A DNA stretch of 64,000 bases, taken from assembly GCA_964057225.1 (NCBI GenBank), contig CAXKVF010000072.1, positions 744,001 through 808,000 of the forward strand, given 5' to 3'. Below, in pieces: positions 13,383-27,462 of the stretch. The stretch is from Auanema rhodensis (Eukaryota; Animalia; Nematoda). The notes under the pieces were generated by a model, which did not search any database, was not told the DNA's origin, and worked only from the letters and a program-made list of their open reading frames with translations. The position numbers and the translations under genes are program-made. Each line of letters starts with the position of its first letter. The first letter of the stretch is position 1.

Positions 13383-16300
13383 TCACGTGTACATTTAATT
13401 AGCATAAATTAAAGTTCACGTAAATTTCAAAGTCATGGTTACCATGCACCAACATCAATAAAAATTTGTTTTTAGACTAATATGGACATGGGGAATCTAA
13501 TGTTGAAAACCGCATCTCTTTATCTTTCACGTGAAGCGAGTTACATACCAAGTGCACATCACGTGTACATTTAATTAGCATAAATTAAAGTTCACGTAAA
13601 TTTCAAAGTCATGGTTACCATGAACCAATATCAATAAAAATTTGTTTTTAGACTAATATGGACATGATGAATCTAATTTTGAAAACCGCATCTCTTTATC
13701 TTTCACGTGAAGCGAGTTACATACCAAGTGCACATCACGTGTACATTCAATTAGCATAAATTAAAGTTCACGTAAAATTCAAAGTCATGGTTACCATGAA
13801 CCAATATCAATAAAAATTTGTTTTTAGACTAATATGGACATGGGGAATCTAATTTTGAAAACCGCATCTCTTTATCTTTCACGTGAAGCGAGTTACATAC
13901 CAAGTGCACATCACGTGTACATTTAATTAGCATAAATTAAAGTTCACGTAAATTTCAAAGTCATGGTTACCATGCACCAACATCAATAAAAATTTGTTTT
14001 TAGACTAATATGGACATGGGGAATCTAATGTTGAAAACCGCATCTCTTTATCTTTCACGTGAAGCGAGTTACATACCAAGTGCACATCACGTGTACATTT
14101 AATTAGCATAAATTAAAGTTCACGTAAATTTCAAAGTCATGGTTACCATGAACCAATATCAATAAAAATTTGTTTTTAGACTAATATGGACATGGGGAAT
14201 CTAATTTTGAAAACCGCATCTCTTTATCTTTCACGTGAAGCGAGTTACATACCAAGTGCACATCACGTGTACATTTAATTAGCATAAATTAAAGTTCACG
14301 TAAATTTCAAAGTCATGGTTACCATGAAGCAATATCAATAAAAATTTGTTTTTAGACTAATATGGACAGGGGGAATCTAATTTTGAAAACCGCATCTCTT
14401 TATCTTTCACGTGAAGCGAGTTACATACCAAGTGCACATCACGTGTACATTTAATTAGCATAAATTAAAGTTCACGTAAATTTCAAAGTCATGGTTACCA
14501 TGAACCAATATCAATAAAAATTTGTTTTTAGACTAATATGGACATGGGGAATCTAATGTTGAAAACCGCATCTCTTTATCTTTCACGTGAAGCGAGTTAC
14601 ATACCAAGTGCACATCACGTGTACATTTAATCAGCATAAATTAAAGTTCACGTAAATTTCAAAGTCATGGTTACCATGAACCAATATCAATAAAAATTTG
14701 TTTTTAGACTAATATGGACATGAGGAATCTAATTTTGAAAACCGCATCTCTTTATCTTTCACGTGAAGCGAGTTACATACCAAGTGCACATCACGTGTAC
14801 ATTCAATTAGCATAAATTAAAGTTCACGTAAATTTCAAAGTCATGGTTATCATGCACCAATATCAATAAAAATTTGTTTTTAGACTAATATGGACATGGG
14901 GAATCTAATTTTGAAAACCGCATCTCTTTATCTTTCACGTGAAGCGAGTTACATACCAAGTGCACATCACGTGTACATTTAATTAGCATAAATTAAAGTT
15001 CACGTAAATTTCAAAGTCATGGTTACCATGCACCAACATCAATAAAAATTTGTTTTTAGACTAATATGGACATGGGGAATCTAATGTTGAAAACCGCATC
15101 TCTTTATCTTTCACGTGAAGCGAGTTACATACCAAGTGCACATCACGTGTACATTTAATTAGCATAAATTAAAGTTCACGTAAATTTCAAAGTCATGGTT
15201 ACCATGAACCAATATCAATAAAAATTTGTTTTTAGACTAATATGGACATGAGGAATCTAATTTTGAAAACCGCATCTCTTTATCTTTCACGTGAAGCGAG
15301 TTACATACCAAGTGCACATCACGTGTACATTCAATTAGCATAAATTAAAGTTCACGTAAAATTCAAAGTCATGGTTACCATGAACCAATATCAATAAAAA
15401 TTTGTTTTTAGACTAATATGGACATGGGGAATCTAATTTTGAAAACCGCATCTCTTTATCTTTCACGTGAAGCGAGTTACATACCAAGTGCACATCACGT
15501 GTACATTTAATTAGCATAAATTAAAGTTCACGTAAATTTCAAAGTCATGGTTACCATGCACCAACATCAATAAAAATTTGTTTTTAGACTAATATGGACA
15601 TGGGGAATCTAATGTTGAAAACCGCATCTCTTTATCTTTCACGTGAAGCGAGTTACATACCAAGTGCACATCACGTGTACATTTAATTAGCATAAATTAA
15701 AGTTCACGTAAATTTCAAAGTCATGGTTACCATGAACCAATATCAATAAAAATTTGTTTTTAGACTAATATGGACATGGGGAATCTAATTTTGAAAACCG
15801 CATCTCTTTATCTTTCACGTGAAGCGAGTTACATACCAAGTGCACATCACGTGTACATTTAATTAGCATAAATTAAAGTTCACGTAAATTTCAAAGTCAT
15901 GGTTACCATGAAGCAATATCAATAAAAATTTGTTTTTAGACTAATATGGACAGGGGGAATCTAATTTTGAAAACCGCATCTCTTTATCTTTCACGTGAAG
16001 CGAGTTACATACCAAGTGCACATCACGTGTACATTTAATTAGCATAAATTAAAGTTCACGTAAATTTCAAAGTCATGGTTACCATGAACCAATATCAATA
16101 AAAATTTGTTTTTAGACTAATATGGACATGGGGAATCTAATGTTGAAAACCGCATCTCTTTATCTTTCACGTGAAGCGAGTTACATACCAAGTGCACATC
16201 ACGTGTACATTCAATTAGCATAAATTAAAGTTCACGTAAAATTCAAAGTCATGGTTACCATGAACCAATATCAATAAAAATTTGTTTTTAGACTAATATG

Positions 16301-19300
16301 GACATGAGGAATCTAATTTTGAAAACCGCATCTCTTTATCTTTCACGTGAAGCGAGTTACATACCAAGTGCACATCACCTGTACATTCAATTAGCATAAA
16401 TTAAAGTTCACGTAAAATTCAAAGTCATGGTTACCATGAACCAATATCAATAAAAATTTGTTTTTAGACTAATATGGACATGGGGAATCTAATTTTGAAA
16501 ACCGCATCTCTTTATCTTTCACGTGAAGCGAGTTACATACCAAGTGCACATCACGTGTACATTTAATTAGCATAAATTAAAGTTCACGTAAATTTCAAAG
16601 TCATGGTTACCATGCACCAACATCAATAAAAATTTGTTTTTAGACTAATATGGACATGGGGAATCTAATGTTGAAAACCGCATCTCTTTATCTTTCACGT
16701 GAAGCGAGTTACATACCAAGTGCACATCACGTGTACATTTAATTAGCATAAATTAAAGTTCACGTAAATTTCAAAGTCATGGTTACCATGCACCAACATC
16801 AATAAAAATTTGTTTTTAGACTAATATGGACATGGGGAATCTAAAGTTGAAAACCGCATCTCTTTATCTTTCACGTGAAGCGAGTTACATACCAAGTGCA
16901 CATCACGTGTACATTTAATTAGCATAAATTAAAGTTCACGTAAATTTCAAAGTCATGGTTACCATGAACCAATATCAATAAAAATTTGTTTTTAGACTAA
17001 TATGGACATGAGGAATCTAATTTTGAAAACCGCATCTCTTTATCTTTCACGTGAAGCGAGTTACATACCAAGTGCACATCACGTGTACATTCAATTAGCA
17101 TAAATTAAAGTTCACGTAAAATTCAAAGTCATGGTTACCATGGACCAATATCAATAAAAATTTGTTTTTAGACTAATATGGACATGGGGAATCTAATTTT
17201 GAAAACCGCATCTCTTTATCTTTCACGTGAAGCAAGTTACATACCAAGTGCACATCACGTGTACATTTAATTAGCATAAATTAAAGTTCACGTAAATTTC
17301 AAAGTCATGGTTACCATGCACCAACATCAATAAAAATTTGTTTTCAGACTAATATGGACATGGGGAATCTAATGTTGAAAACCGCATCTCTTTATCTTTC
17401 ACGTGAAGCGAGTTACATACCAAGTGCACATCACGTGTACATTTAATTAGCATAAATTAAAGTTCACGTAAATTTCAAAGTCATGGTTACCATGAACCAA
17501 TATCAATAAAAATTTGTTTTTAGACTAATATGGACATGGGGAATCTAATTTTGAAAACCGCATCTCTTTATCTTTCACGTGAAGCGAGTTACATACCAAG
17601 TGCACATCACGTGTACATTTAATTAGCATAAATTAAAGTTCACGTAAATTTCAAAGTCATGGTTACCATGAAGCAATATCAATAAAAATTTGTTTTTAGA
17701 CTAATATGGACAGGGGGAATCTAATTTTGAAAACCGCATCTCTTTATCTTTCACGTGAAGCGAGTTACATACCAAGTGCACATCACGTGTACATTTAATT
17801 AGCATAAATTAAAGTTCACGTAAATTTCAAAGTCATGGTTACCATGAACCAATATCAATAAAAATTTGTTTTTAGACTAATATGGACATGGGGAATCTAA
17901 TTTTGAAAACCGCATCTCTTTATCTTTCACGTGAAGCGAGTTACATACCAAGTGCACATCACGTGTACATTTAATTAGCATAAATTAAAGTTCACGTAAA
18001 ATTCAAAGTCATGGTTACCATGCACCAATATCAATAAAAATGTGTTTTTAGACTAATATGGACATGGGGAATCTAATTTTGAAAACCGCATCTCTTTATC
18101 TTTCACGTGAAGCGAGTTACATACCAAGTGCACATCACGTGTACATTTAATTAGCATAAATTAAAGTTCACGTAAATTTCAAAGTCATGGTTACCATGAA
18201 CCAATATCAATAAAAATTTGTTTTTAGACTAATATGGACATGGGGAATCTAATTTTGAAAACCGCATCTCTTTATCTTTCACGTGAAGCGAGTTACATAC
18301 CAAGTGCACATCACGTGTACATTTAATTAGCATAAATTAAAGTTCACGTAAATTTCAAAGTCATGGTTACCATGAACCAATATCAATAAAAATTTGTTTT
18401 TAGACTAATATGGACATGGGGAATCTAATTTTGAAAACCGCATCTTTTTATCTTTCACGTGAAGCGAGTTACATACCAAGTGCACATCACGTGTACATTT
18501 AATTAGCATAAATTAAAGTTCACGTAAAATTCAAAGTCATGGTTACCATGCACCAATATCAATAAAAATTTGTTTTTAGACTAATATGGACATGGGGAAT
18601 CTAATGTTGAAAACCGCATCTCTTTATCTTTCACGTGAAGCGAGTTACATACCAAGTGCACATCACGTGTACATTTAATTAGCATAAATTAAAGTTCACG
18701 TAAATTTCAAAGTCATGGTTACCATGCACCAATATCAATAAAAATTTGTTTTTAGACTAATATGGACATGGGGAATCTAATGTTGAAAACCGCATCTCTT
18801 TATCTTTCACGTGAAGCGAGTTACATACCAAGTGCACATCACGTGTACATTTAATTAGCATAAATTAAAGTTCACGTAAATTTCAAAGTCATGGTTACCA
18901 TGAACCAATATCAATAAAAATTTGTTTTTAGACTAATATGGACATGAGGAATCTAATTTTGAAAACCGCATCTCTTTATCTTTCACGTGAAGCGAGTTAC
19001 ATACCAAGTGCACATCACGTGTACATTCAATTAGCATAAATTAAAGTTCACGTAAAATTCAAAGTCATGGTTACCATGAACCAATATCAATAAAAATTTG
19101 TTTTTAGACTAATATGGACATGGGGAATCTAATTTTGAAAACCGCATCTCTTTATCTTTCACGTGAAGCGAGTTACATACCAAGTGCACATCACGTGTAC
19201 ATTTAATTAGCATAAATTAAAGTTCACGTAAATTTCAAAGTCATGGTTACCATGCACCAACATCAATAAAAATTTGTTTTTAGACTAATATGGACATGGG

Positions 19301-20774
19301 GAATCTAATGTTGAAAACCGCATCTCTTTATCTTTCACGTGAAGCGAGTTACATACCAAGTGCACATCACGTGTACATTTAATTAGCATAAATTAAAGTT
19401 CACGTAAATTTCAAAGTCATGGTTACCATGAACCAATATCAATAAAAATTTGTTTTTAGACTAATATGGACATGGGGAATCTAATTTTGAAAACAGCATC
19501 TCTTTATCTTTCACGTGAAGCGAGTTACATACCAAGTGCACATCACGTGTACATTTAATTAGCATAAATTAAAGTTCACGTAAATTTCAAAGTCATGGTT
19601 ACCATGAAGCAATATCAATAAAAATTTGTTTTTAGACTAATATGGACAGGGGGAATCTAATTTTGAAAACCGCATCTCTTTATCTTTCACGTGAAGCGAG
19701 TTACATACCAAGTGCACATCACGTGTACATTTAATTAGCATAAATTAAAGTTCACGTAAATTTCAAAGTCATGGTTACCATGAACCAATATCAATAAAAA
19801 TTTGTTTTTAGACTAATATGGACATGGGGAATCTAATTTTGAAAACCGCATCTCTTTATCTTTCACGTGAAGCGAGTTACATACCAAGTGCACATCACGT
19901 GTACATTTAATTAGCATAAATTAAAGTTCACGTAAATTTCAAAGTCATGGTTACCATGCACCAACATCAATAAAAATTTGTTTTTAGACTAATATGGACA
20001 TGGGGAATCTAATGTTGAAAACCGCATCTCTTTATCTTTCACGTGAAGCGAGTTACATACCAAGTGCACATCACGTGTACATTTAATTAGCATAAATTAA
20101 AGTTCACGTAAATTTCAAAGTCATGGTTACCATGAACCAATATCAATAAAAATTTGTTTTTAGACTAATATGGACATGAGGAATCTAATTTTGAAAACCG
20201 CATCTCTTTATCTTTCACGTGAAGCGAGTTACATACCAAGTGCACATCACGTGTACATTCAATTAGCATAAATTAAAGTTCACGTAAAATTCAAAGTCAT
20301 GGTTACCATGAACCAATATCAATAAAAATTTGTTTTTAGACTAATATGGACATGGGGAATCTAATTTTGAAAACCGCATCTCTTTATCTTTCACGTGAAG
20401 CGAGTTACATACCAAGTGCACATCACGTGTACATTTAATTAGCATAAATTAAAGTTCACGTAAATTTCAAAGTCATGGTTACCATGCACCAACATCAATA
20501 AAAAGTTGTTTTTAGACTAATATGGACATGGGGAATCTAATGTTGAAAACCGCATCTCTTTATCTTTCACGTGAAGCGAGTTACATACCAAGTGCACATC
20601 ACGTGTACATTTAATTAGCATAAATTAAAGTTCACGTAAATTTCAAAGTCATGGTTACCATGAACCAATATCAATAAAAATTTGTTTTTAGACTAATATG
20701 GACATGGGGAATCTAATTTTGAAAACCGCATCTCTTTATCTTTCACGTGAAGCGAGTTACATACCAAGTGCACA
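13383..20774 (+). repeat. Variant domain C: ~7-monomer block repeated about five times
   Basis: Order CACC-AACAT-AATGTT / ATGAGG / TTCAATT+AAAAT / CACC-AACAT-AATGTT / consensus / AAGC+CAGGGG / near-consensus. Copies start at about 13383, 14967, 16727, 18663 and 19895. Confidence 0.78.
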
Positions 20775-22006
20775 TCACGTGTACATTTAATTAGCATAAA
20801 TTAAAGTTCACGTAAATTTCAAAGTCATGGTTACCATGAAGCAATATCAATAAAAATTTGTTTTTAGACTAATATGGACATGGGGAATCTAATTTTGAAA
20901 ACCGCATCTCTTTATCGTTCACGTGAAGCGAGTTACATACCAAGTGCACATCACGTGTACATTTAATTAGCATAAATTAAAGTTCACGTAAATTTCAAAG
21001 TCATGGTTACCATGCACCAATATCAATAAAAATTTGTTTTTAGACTAATATGGACATGGGGAATCTAATTTTGAAAACCGCATCTCTTTATCTTTCACGT
21101 GAAGCGAGTTACATACCAAGTGCACATCACGTGTACATTTAATTAGCATAAATTAAAGTTCACGTAAATTTCAAAGTCATGGTTACCATGCACCAATATC
21201 AATAAAAATTTGTTTTTAGACTAATATGGACATGGGGAATCTAATTTTGAAAACCGCATCTCTTCATCTTTCACGTGAAGCGAGTTACATACCAAGTGCA
21301 CATCACGTGTACATTTAATTAGCATAAATTAAAGTTCACGTAAATTTCAAAGTCATGGTTACCATGCACCAATATCAATAAAAATTTGTTTTTAGACTAA
21401 TATGGACATGGGGAATCTAATTTTGAAAACCGCATCTCTTTATCTTTCACGTGAAGCGAGTTACATACCAAGTGCACATCACGTGTACATTTAATTAGCA
21501 TAAATTAAAGTTCACGTACATTTCAAAGTCATGGTTACCATGAACCAATATCAATAAAAATTTGTTTTTAGACTAATATGGACATGGGGAATCTAATTTT
21601 GAAAACCGCATCTCTTTATCTTTCACGTGAAGCGAGTTACATACCAAGTGCACATCACGTGTACATTTAATTAGCATAAATTAAAGTTCACGTAAATTTC
21701 AAAGTCATGGTTACCATGCACCAATATCAATAAAAATTTGTTTTTAGACTAATATGGACATGGGGAATCTAATTTTGAAAACCGCATCTCTTTATCTTTC
21801 ACGTGAAGCGAGTTACATACCAAGTGCACATCACGTGTACATTTAATTAGCATAAATTAAAGTTCACGTAAATTTCGAAGTCATGGTTACCATGAACCAA
21901 TATCAATAAAAATTTGTTTTTAGACTAATATGGACATGGGGAATCTAATTTTGAAAACCGCATCTCTTTATCTTTCACGTGAAGCGAGTTACATACCAAG
22001 TGCACA

Positions 22007-25000
22007 TCACGTGTACATTTAATTAGCATAAATTAAAGTTCACGTAAATTTCAAAGTCATGGTTACCATGAAGCAATATCAATAAAAATTTGTTTTTAGA
22101 CTAATATGGACATGGGGAATCTAATTTTGAAAACCGCATCTCTTTATCGTTCACGTGAAGCGAGTTACATACCAAGTGCACATCACGTGTACATTTAATT
22201 AGCATAAATTAAAGTTCACGTAAATTTCAAAGTCATGGTTACCATGCACCAATATCAATAAAAATTTGTTTTTAGACTGATATGGACATGGGGAATCTAA
22301 TTTTGAAAACCGCATCTCTTCATCTTTCACGTGAAGCGAGTTACATACCAAGTGCACATCACGTGTACATTTAATTAGCATAAATTAAAGTTCACGTAAA
22401 TTTCAAAGTCATGGTTACCATGCACCAATATCAATAAAAATTTGTTTTTAGACTAATATGGACATGGGGAATCTAATTTTGAAAACCGCATCTCTTCATC
22501 TTTCACGTGAAGCGAGTTACATACCAAGTGCACATCACGTGTACATTTAATTAGCATAAATTAAAGTTCACGTAAATTTCAAAGTCATGGTTACCATGCA
22601 CCAATATCAATAAAAATTTGTTTTTAGACTAATATGGACATGGGGAATCTAATTTTGAAAACCGCATCTCTTCATCTTTCACGTGAAGCGAGTTACATAC
22701 CAAGTGCACATCACGTGTACATTTAATTAGCATAAATTAAAGTTCAAGTAAATTTCAAAGTCATGGTTACCATGCACCAATATCAATAAAAATTTGTTTT
22801 TAGACTAATATGGACATGGGGAATCTAATTTTGAAAACCGCATCTCTTTATCTTTCACGTGAAGCGAGTTACATACCAAGTGCACATCACGTGTACATTT
22901 AATAAGCATAAATTAAAGTTCACGTAAATTTCAAACTCATGGTTACCATGAACCAATATCAATAAAAATCTGTTTTTAGACTAATATGGACATGGGGAAT
23001 CTAATTTTGGAAACCGCATCTCTTTATCTTTCACGTGAAGCGAGTTACATACCAAGTGCACATCACGTGTACATTTAATTAGCATAAATTAAAGTTCACG
23101 TAAATTTCAAAGTCATGGTTACCATGCACCAATATCAATGAAAATTTGTTTTTAGACTAATATGGACATGGGGAATCTAATTTTGAAAACCGCATCTCTT
23201 CATCTTTCACGTGAAGCGAGTTACATACCAAGTGCACATCACGTGTACATTTAATTAGCATAAATTAAAGTTCACGTAAATTTCAAAGTCATGGTTACCA
23301 TGAATCAATATCAATAAAAATTTGTTTTTAGACTAATATGGACATGGGGAATCTAATTTTGAAAACCGCATCTTTTTATCTTTCACGTGAAGCGAGTTAC
23401 ATACCAAGTGCACATCACGTGTACATTTAATTAGCATAAATTAAAGTTCACGTAAATTTCAAAGTCATGGTTACCATGAAGCAATATCAATAAAAATTTG
23501 TTTTTAGACTAATATGGACATGGGGAATCTAATTTTGAAAACCGCATCTCTTTATCTTTCACGTGAAGCGAGTTACATACCAAGTGCACATCACGTGTAC
23601 ATTTAATTAGCATAAATTAAAGTTCACGTAAATTTCAAAGTCATGGTTACCATGCACCAATATCAATAAAAATTTGTTTTTAGACTAATATGGACATGGG
23701 GAATCTAATTTTGAAAACCGCATCTCTTTATCTTTCACGTGAAGCGAGTTACATACCAAGTGCACATCACGTGTACATTTAATTAGCATAAATTAAAGTT
23801 CACGTAAATTTCAAAGTCATGGTTACCATGAACCAATATCAATAAAAATTTGTTTTTAGACTAATATGGACATGGGGAATCTAATTTTGAAAACCGCATC
23901 TCTTTATCTTTCACGTGAAGCGAGTTACATACCAAGTGCACATCACGTGTACATTTAATTAGCATAAATTAAAGTTCACGTAAATTTCAAAGTCATGGTT
24001 ACCATGAAGCAATATCAATAAAAATTTGTTTTTAGACTAATATGGACATGGGGAATCTAATTTTGAAAACCGCATCTCTTTATCGTTCACGTGAAGCGAG
24101 TTACATACCAAGTGCACATCACGTGTACATTTAATTAGCATAAATTAAAGTTCACGTAAATTTCAAAGTCATGGTTACCATGCACCAATATCAATAAAAA
24201 TTTGTTTATAGACTGATATGGACATGGGGAATCTAATTTTGAAAACCGCATCTCTTCATCTTTCACGTGAAGCGAGTTACATACCAAGTGCACATCACGT
24301 GTACATTTAATTAGCATAAATTAAAGTTCACGTAAATTTCAAAGTCATGGTTACCATGCACCAATATCAATAAAAATTTGTTTTTAGACTAATATGGACA
24401 TGGGGAATCTAATTTTGAAAACCGCATCTCTTCATCTTTCACGTGAAGCGAGTTACATACCAAGTGCACATCACGTGTACATTTAATTAGCATAAATTAA
24501 AGTTCACGTAAATTTCAAAGTCATGGTTACCATGCACCAATATCAATAAAAATTTGTTTTTAGACTAATATGGACATGGGGAATCTAATTTTGAAAACCG
24601 CATCTCTTTATCTTTCACGTGAAGCGAGTTACATACCAAGTGCACATCACGTGTACATTTAATTAGCATAAATTAAAGTTCACGTAAATTTCAAACTCAT
24701 GGTTACCATGAACCAATATCAATAAAAATCTGTTTTTAGACTAATATGGACATGGGGAATCTAATTTTGGAAACCGCATCTCTTTATCTTTCACGTGAAG
24801 CGAGTTACATACCAAGTGCACATCACGTGTACATTTAATTAGCATAAATTAAAGTTCACGTAAATTTCAAAGTCATGGTTACCATGCACCAATATCAATG
24901 AAAATTTGTTTTTAGACTAATATGGACATGGGGAATCTAATTTTGAAAACCGCATCTCTTCATCTTTCACGTGAAGCGAGTTACATACCAAGTGCACATC

Positions 25001-27462
25001 ACGTGTACATTTAATTAGCATAAATTAAAGTTCACGTAAATTTCAAAGTCATGGTTACCATGCACCAATATCAATAAAAATTTGTTTTTAGACTAATATG
25101 GACATGGGGAATCTAATTTTGAAAACCGCATCTCTTTATCTTTCACGTGAAGCGAGTTACATACCAAGTGCACTTCACGTGTACATTTAATTAGCATAAA
25201 TTAAAGTTCACGTAAATTTCAAAGTCATGGTTACCATGAACTAATATCAATAAAAATTTGTTTTTAGACTAATATGGACATGGGGAATCTAATTTTGAAA
25301 ACCGCATCTCTTTATCTTTCACGTGAAGCGAGTTACATACCAAGTGCACATCACGTGTACATTTAATTAGCATAAATTAAAGTTCACGTAAATTTCAAAG
25401 TCATGGTTACCATGAACCAATATCAATAAAAATTTGTTTTTAGACTAATATGGACATGGGGAATCTAATTTTGAAAACCGCATCTCTTTAACTTTCACGT
25501 GAAGCGAGTTACATACCAAGTGCACATCACGTGTACATTTAATTAGCATAAATTAAAGTTCACGTAAATTTCAAAGTCATGGTTACCATGCACCAATATC
25601 AATAAAAATTTGTTTTTAGACTAATATGGACATGGGGAATCTAATTTTGAAAACCGCATCTCTTCATCTTTCACGTGAAGCGAGTTACATACCAAGTGCA
25701 CATCACGTGTACATTTAATTAGCATAAATTAAAGTTCACGTAAATTTCAAAGTCATGGTTACCATGAACCAATATCAATAAAAATTTGTTTTTAGACTAA
25801 TATGGACATGGGGAATCTAATTTTGAAAACCGCATCTCTTCATCTTTCACGTGAAGCGAGTTACATACCAAGTGCACATCACGTGTACATTTAATTAGCA
25901 TAAATTAAAGTTCACGTAAATTTCAAAGTCATGGTTACCATGAAGCAATATCAATAAAAATTTGTTTTTAGACTAATATGGACATGGGGAATCTAATTTT
26001 GAAAACCGCATCTCTTTATCGTTCACGTGAAGCGAGTTACATACCAAGTGCACATCACGTGTACATTTAATTAGCATAAATTAAAGTTCACGTAAATTTC
26101 AAAGTTATGGTTACCATGCACCAATATCAATAAAAATTTGTTTTTAGACTGATATGGACATGGGGAATCTAATTTTGAAAACCGCATCTCTTCATCTTTC
26201 ACGTGAAGCGAGTTACATACCAAGTGCACATCACGTGTACATTTAATTAGCATAAATTAAAGTTCACGTAAATTTCAAAGTCATGGTTACCATGCACCAA
26301 TATCAATGAAAATTTGTTTTTAGACTAATATGGACATGGGGAATCTAATTTTGAAAACCGCATCTCTTCATCTTTCACGTGAAGCGAGTTACATACCAAG
26401 TGCACATCACGTGTACATTTAATTAGCATAAATTAAAGTTCACGTAAATTTCAAAGTCATGGTTACCATGAAGCAATATCAATGAAAATTTGTTTTTAGA
26501 CTAATATGGACATGGGGAATCTAATTTTGAAAACCGCATCTCTTTATCTTTCACGTGAAGCGAGTTACATACCAAGTGCACATCACGTGTACATTTAATT
26601 AGCATAAATTAAAGTTCACGTAAATTTCAAAGTCATGGTTACCATGAACCAATATCAATAAAAATCTGTTTTTAGACTAATATGGACATGGGGAATCTAA
26701 TTTTGGAAACCGCATCTCTTTATCTTTCACGTGAAGCGAGTTACATACCAAGTGCACATCACGTGTACATTTAATTAGCATAAATTAAAGTTCACGTAAA
26801 TTTCAAAGTCATGGTTACCATGCACCAATATCAATGAAAATTTGTTTTTAGACTAATATGGACATGGGGAATCTAATTTTGAAAACCGCATCTCTTCATC
26901 TTTCACGTGAAGCGAGTTACATACCAAGTGCACATCACGTGTACATTTAATTAGCATAAATTAAAGTTCACGTAAATTTCAAAGTCATGGTTACCATGCA
27001 CCAATATCAATAAAAATTTGTTTTTAGACTAATATGGACATGGGGAATCTAATTTTGAAAACCGCATCTCTTTATCTTTCACGTGAAGCGAGTTACATAC
27101 CAAGTGCACTTCACGTGTACATTTAATTAGCATAAATTAAAGTTCACGTAAATTTCAAAGTCATGGTTACCATGAACTAATATCAATAAAAATTTGTTTT
27201 TAGACTAATATGGACATGGGGAATCTAATTTTGAAAACCGCATCTCTTTATCTTTCACGTGAAGCGAGTTACATACCAAGTGCACATCACGTGTACATTT
27301 AATTAGCATAAATTAAAGTTCACGTAAATTTCAAAGTCATGGTTACCATGAACCAATATCAATAAAAATTTGTTTTTAGACTAATATGGACATGGGGAAT
27401 CTAATTTTGAAAACCGCATCTCTTTAACTTTCACGTGAAGCGAGTTACATACCAAGTGCACA
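22007..27462 (+). repeat. 11-monomer (1936 bp) higher-order repeat, ~3 imperfect copies
   Basis: AAGC+ATCGTT monomers at 22007, 23943 and 25879, each followed by a GACTGA monomer (G at 22279, 24215, 26151). AATCTG+TTTGG, GCACTT and TTAACT variants also repeat at a 1936-bp offset in copies 2 and 3. Confidence 0.85.

Noticed and set aside
22199-26253. Three 60-aa minus-strand ORFs (22199-22381, 24135-24317, 26071-26253)
   Set aside because: They are translations of the satellite. A single A>G (22279, 24215, 26151) turns a minus-strand TAG into CAG. There is no recognisable domain or gene context, the unit length is not a multiple of 3, and the other ~360 copies keep the stop.
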